A DNA stretch of 64,000 nt, from IMG/VR virus record IMGVR_UViG_2895476258_000013, positions 11,634 to 75,633 of that record; one strand, given 5' to 3'. The translations under genes and the position numbers were made by a program. Origin of the DNA: a virus. Lineage: Duplodnaviria; Caudoviricetes. Below, piece after piece: positions 63,146-64,000 of this stretch. Position 1 is the stretch's first letter. Each line of letters begins with the position of its first letter. Below the pieces are notes generated by a model that was given only the letters and a program-made list of their open reading frames with translations, searched no databases and had not been told where the DNA came from.

Positions 63146-64000
63146 ATGTTCATTGATGCTGATGCGGTTCTTGATCTAGTAACTAGCTCAAACGATCCCG
63201 TCGAGCGAATCAAGAACGTAGGGGCCGCCCTCGTAGAGATCCAAAACCTGACGGCAGAGCTCGGCCGACTGCGACGCGAGGAGGTGGAGGAGTTGAAAGC
63301 GGCCGGCATGTCACAGAACGCCATCGCCAGGGCGATCGGGCTGACGAGCGCCAGGATGAGCCAGGTTATGAATAACGCCCCAGCCCCGGAGCGCGCTTTT
63401 TTCGGCGTAAAGATTGAGCCGATCATCGCGGCCGTCGCCGAGAAACGAGAGGCAGACAAGCCGAAGCCAGGCCCCGTGATTTCCATCGACGACATGCAGG
63501 CATACGACGGCCTGCGCAACCTAGTCGCAGACCTCGGATTGACGTCGACCTATGAAGTGGTAAGACCGCCCGGCAATATATGGCTCAACCGAAACGGACT
63601 CGTCGTCATTTGCGGACCTCGTCACTCATCTCTCATTGAGCAGGTGCTGGGATCTGACGACAAGCTCTCGTTCGAAAAGGACGACGCCGGATGGCACCTG
63701 GTGGACCATGTCGAAGGCGTTGCCTACCGCTCGCCGGAAGACTCCGACGAGCCAGGCGACATCGCCTATCTCGGTCGCCTGCCGCGGCCTGACGGCAAAG
63801 GGTATTTCCTGTACCTCGCTGGCATCCACGCCGCCGGCGCCGCAGGGGTCGTCCACTACCTCGGCAACGAACTGGCCAGCCTGTACCGGGAGGTCCGCAA
63901 CCGCAGGTTCTCGACCCTGATCCAGTGCCGCTACGACCCGGAAACCCATACGATCATCTCCAGCGAAAGGATCACGCCGGTCTACAAGCATGAAGGATGA
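63146..64000 (+). CDS. HTH regulator with uncharacterised C-terminal alpha/beta domain (candidate repressor)
   Basis: GMSQNAIARAIGLTSARMSQV HTH; divergent from transfer operon; TGA at 63998-64000. Confidence 0.75.
   Translation: MFIDADAVLDLVTSSNDPVERIKNVGAALVEIQNLTAELGRLRREEVEELKAAGMSQNAIARAIGLTSARMSQVMNNAPAPERAFFGVKIEPIIAAVAEKREADKPKPGPVISIDDMQAYDGLRNLVADLGLTSTYEVVRPPGNIWLNRNGLVVICGPRHSSLIEQVLGSDDKLSFEKDDAGWHLVDHVEGVAYRSPEDSDEPGDIAYLGRLPRPDGKGYFLYLAGIHAAGAAGVVHYLGNELASLYREVRNRRFSTLIQCRYDPETHTIISSERITPVYKHEG

Larger units (their letters stand above)
1..64000. mobile_element. Temperate actinomycete siphovirus-like prophage/phage-plasmid with contiguous TraB-type transfer module (both ends outside window)
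   Basis: Complete terminase-portal-capsid-tail-lysis gene order, phage early genes, then a TraB/DUF2637 operon; no host core genes seen. Confidence 0.9.

Overview
The window (GC-rich, roughly 65-70% by eye) is almost entirely one temperate actinomycete siphovirus-like element, entered mid-way through its replication region. 1-17.2 kb is the early/middle region: RusA-like resolvase, DNA methyltransferase, WhiB, HNH proteins, replication initiator with an internal repeat, a DUF5131 protein interrupted in frame by an HNH domain, DUF397, an RNA-ligase-like gene and many small ORFs. 17.5-27.1 kb is an unusual pre-terminase block of fibre/adhesin-like genes followed by GT2, two methyltransferases and an epimerase. 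29-49.8 kb holds packaging, head and tail genes, with a GT4 directly behind the major capsid gene, a -1 frameshift tail chaperone, a 1461-aa tape measure and a tail-tip gene with a low-GC swapped segment. 50-53.2 kb is the lysis cassette and 53.2-55.7 kb an operator-controlled HTH cassette. 55.8-64 kb is a leftward Streptomyces-plasmid/AICE-type transfer operon (TraB FtsK translocase, DUF2637/Spd-like membrane proteins, candidate 8-bp clt repeats, hairpin-separated mini-genes) under a divergent HTH regulator. No host housekeeping gene, integrase, att site, tRNA, rRNA or CRISPR array was recognised. The phage and conjugation modules therefore look like one phage/conjugative hybrid, although a nested or adjacent element cannot be excluded. 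All product calls come from motif recognition by eye; no database search was run.
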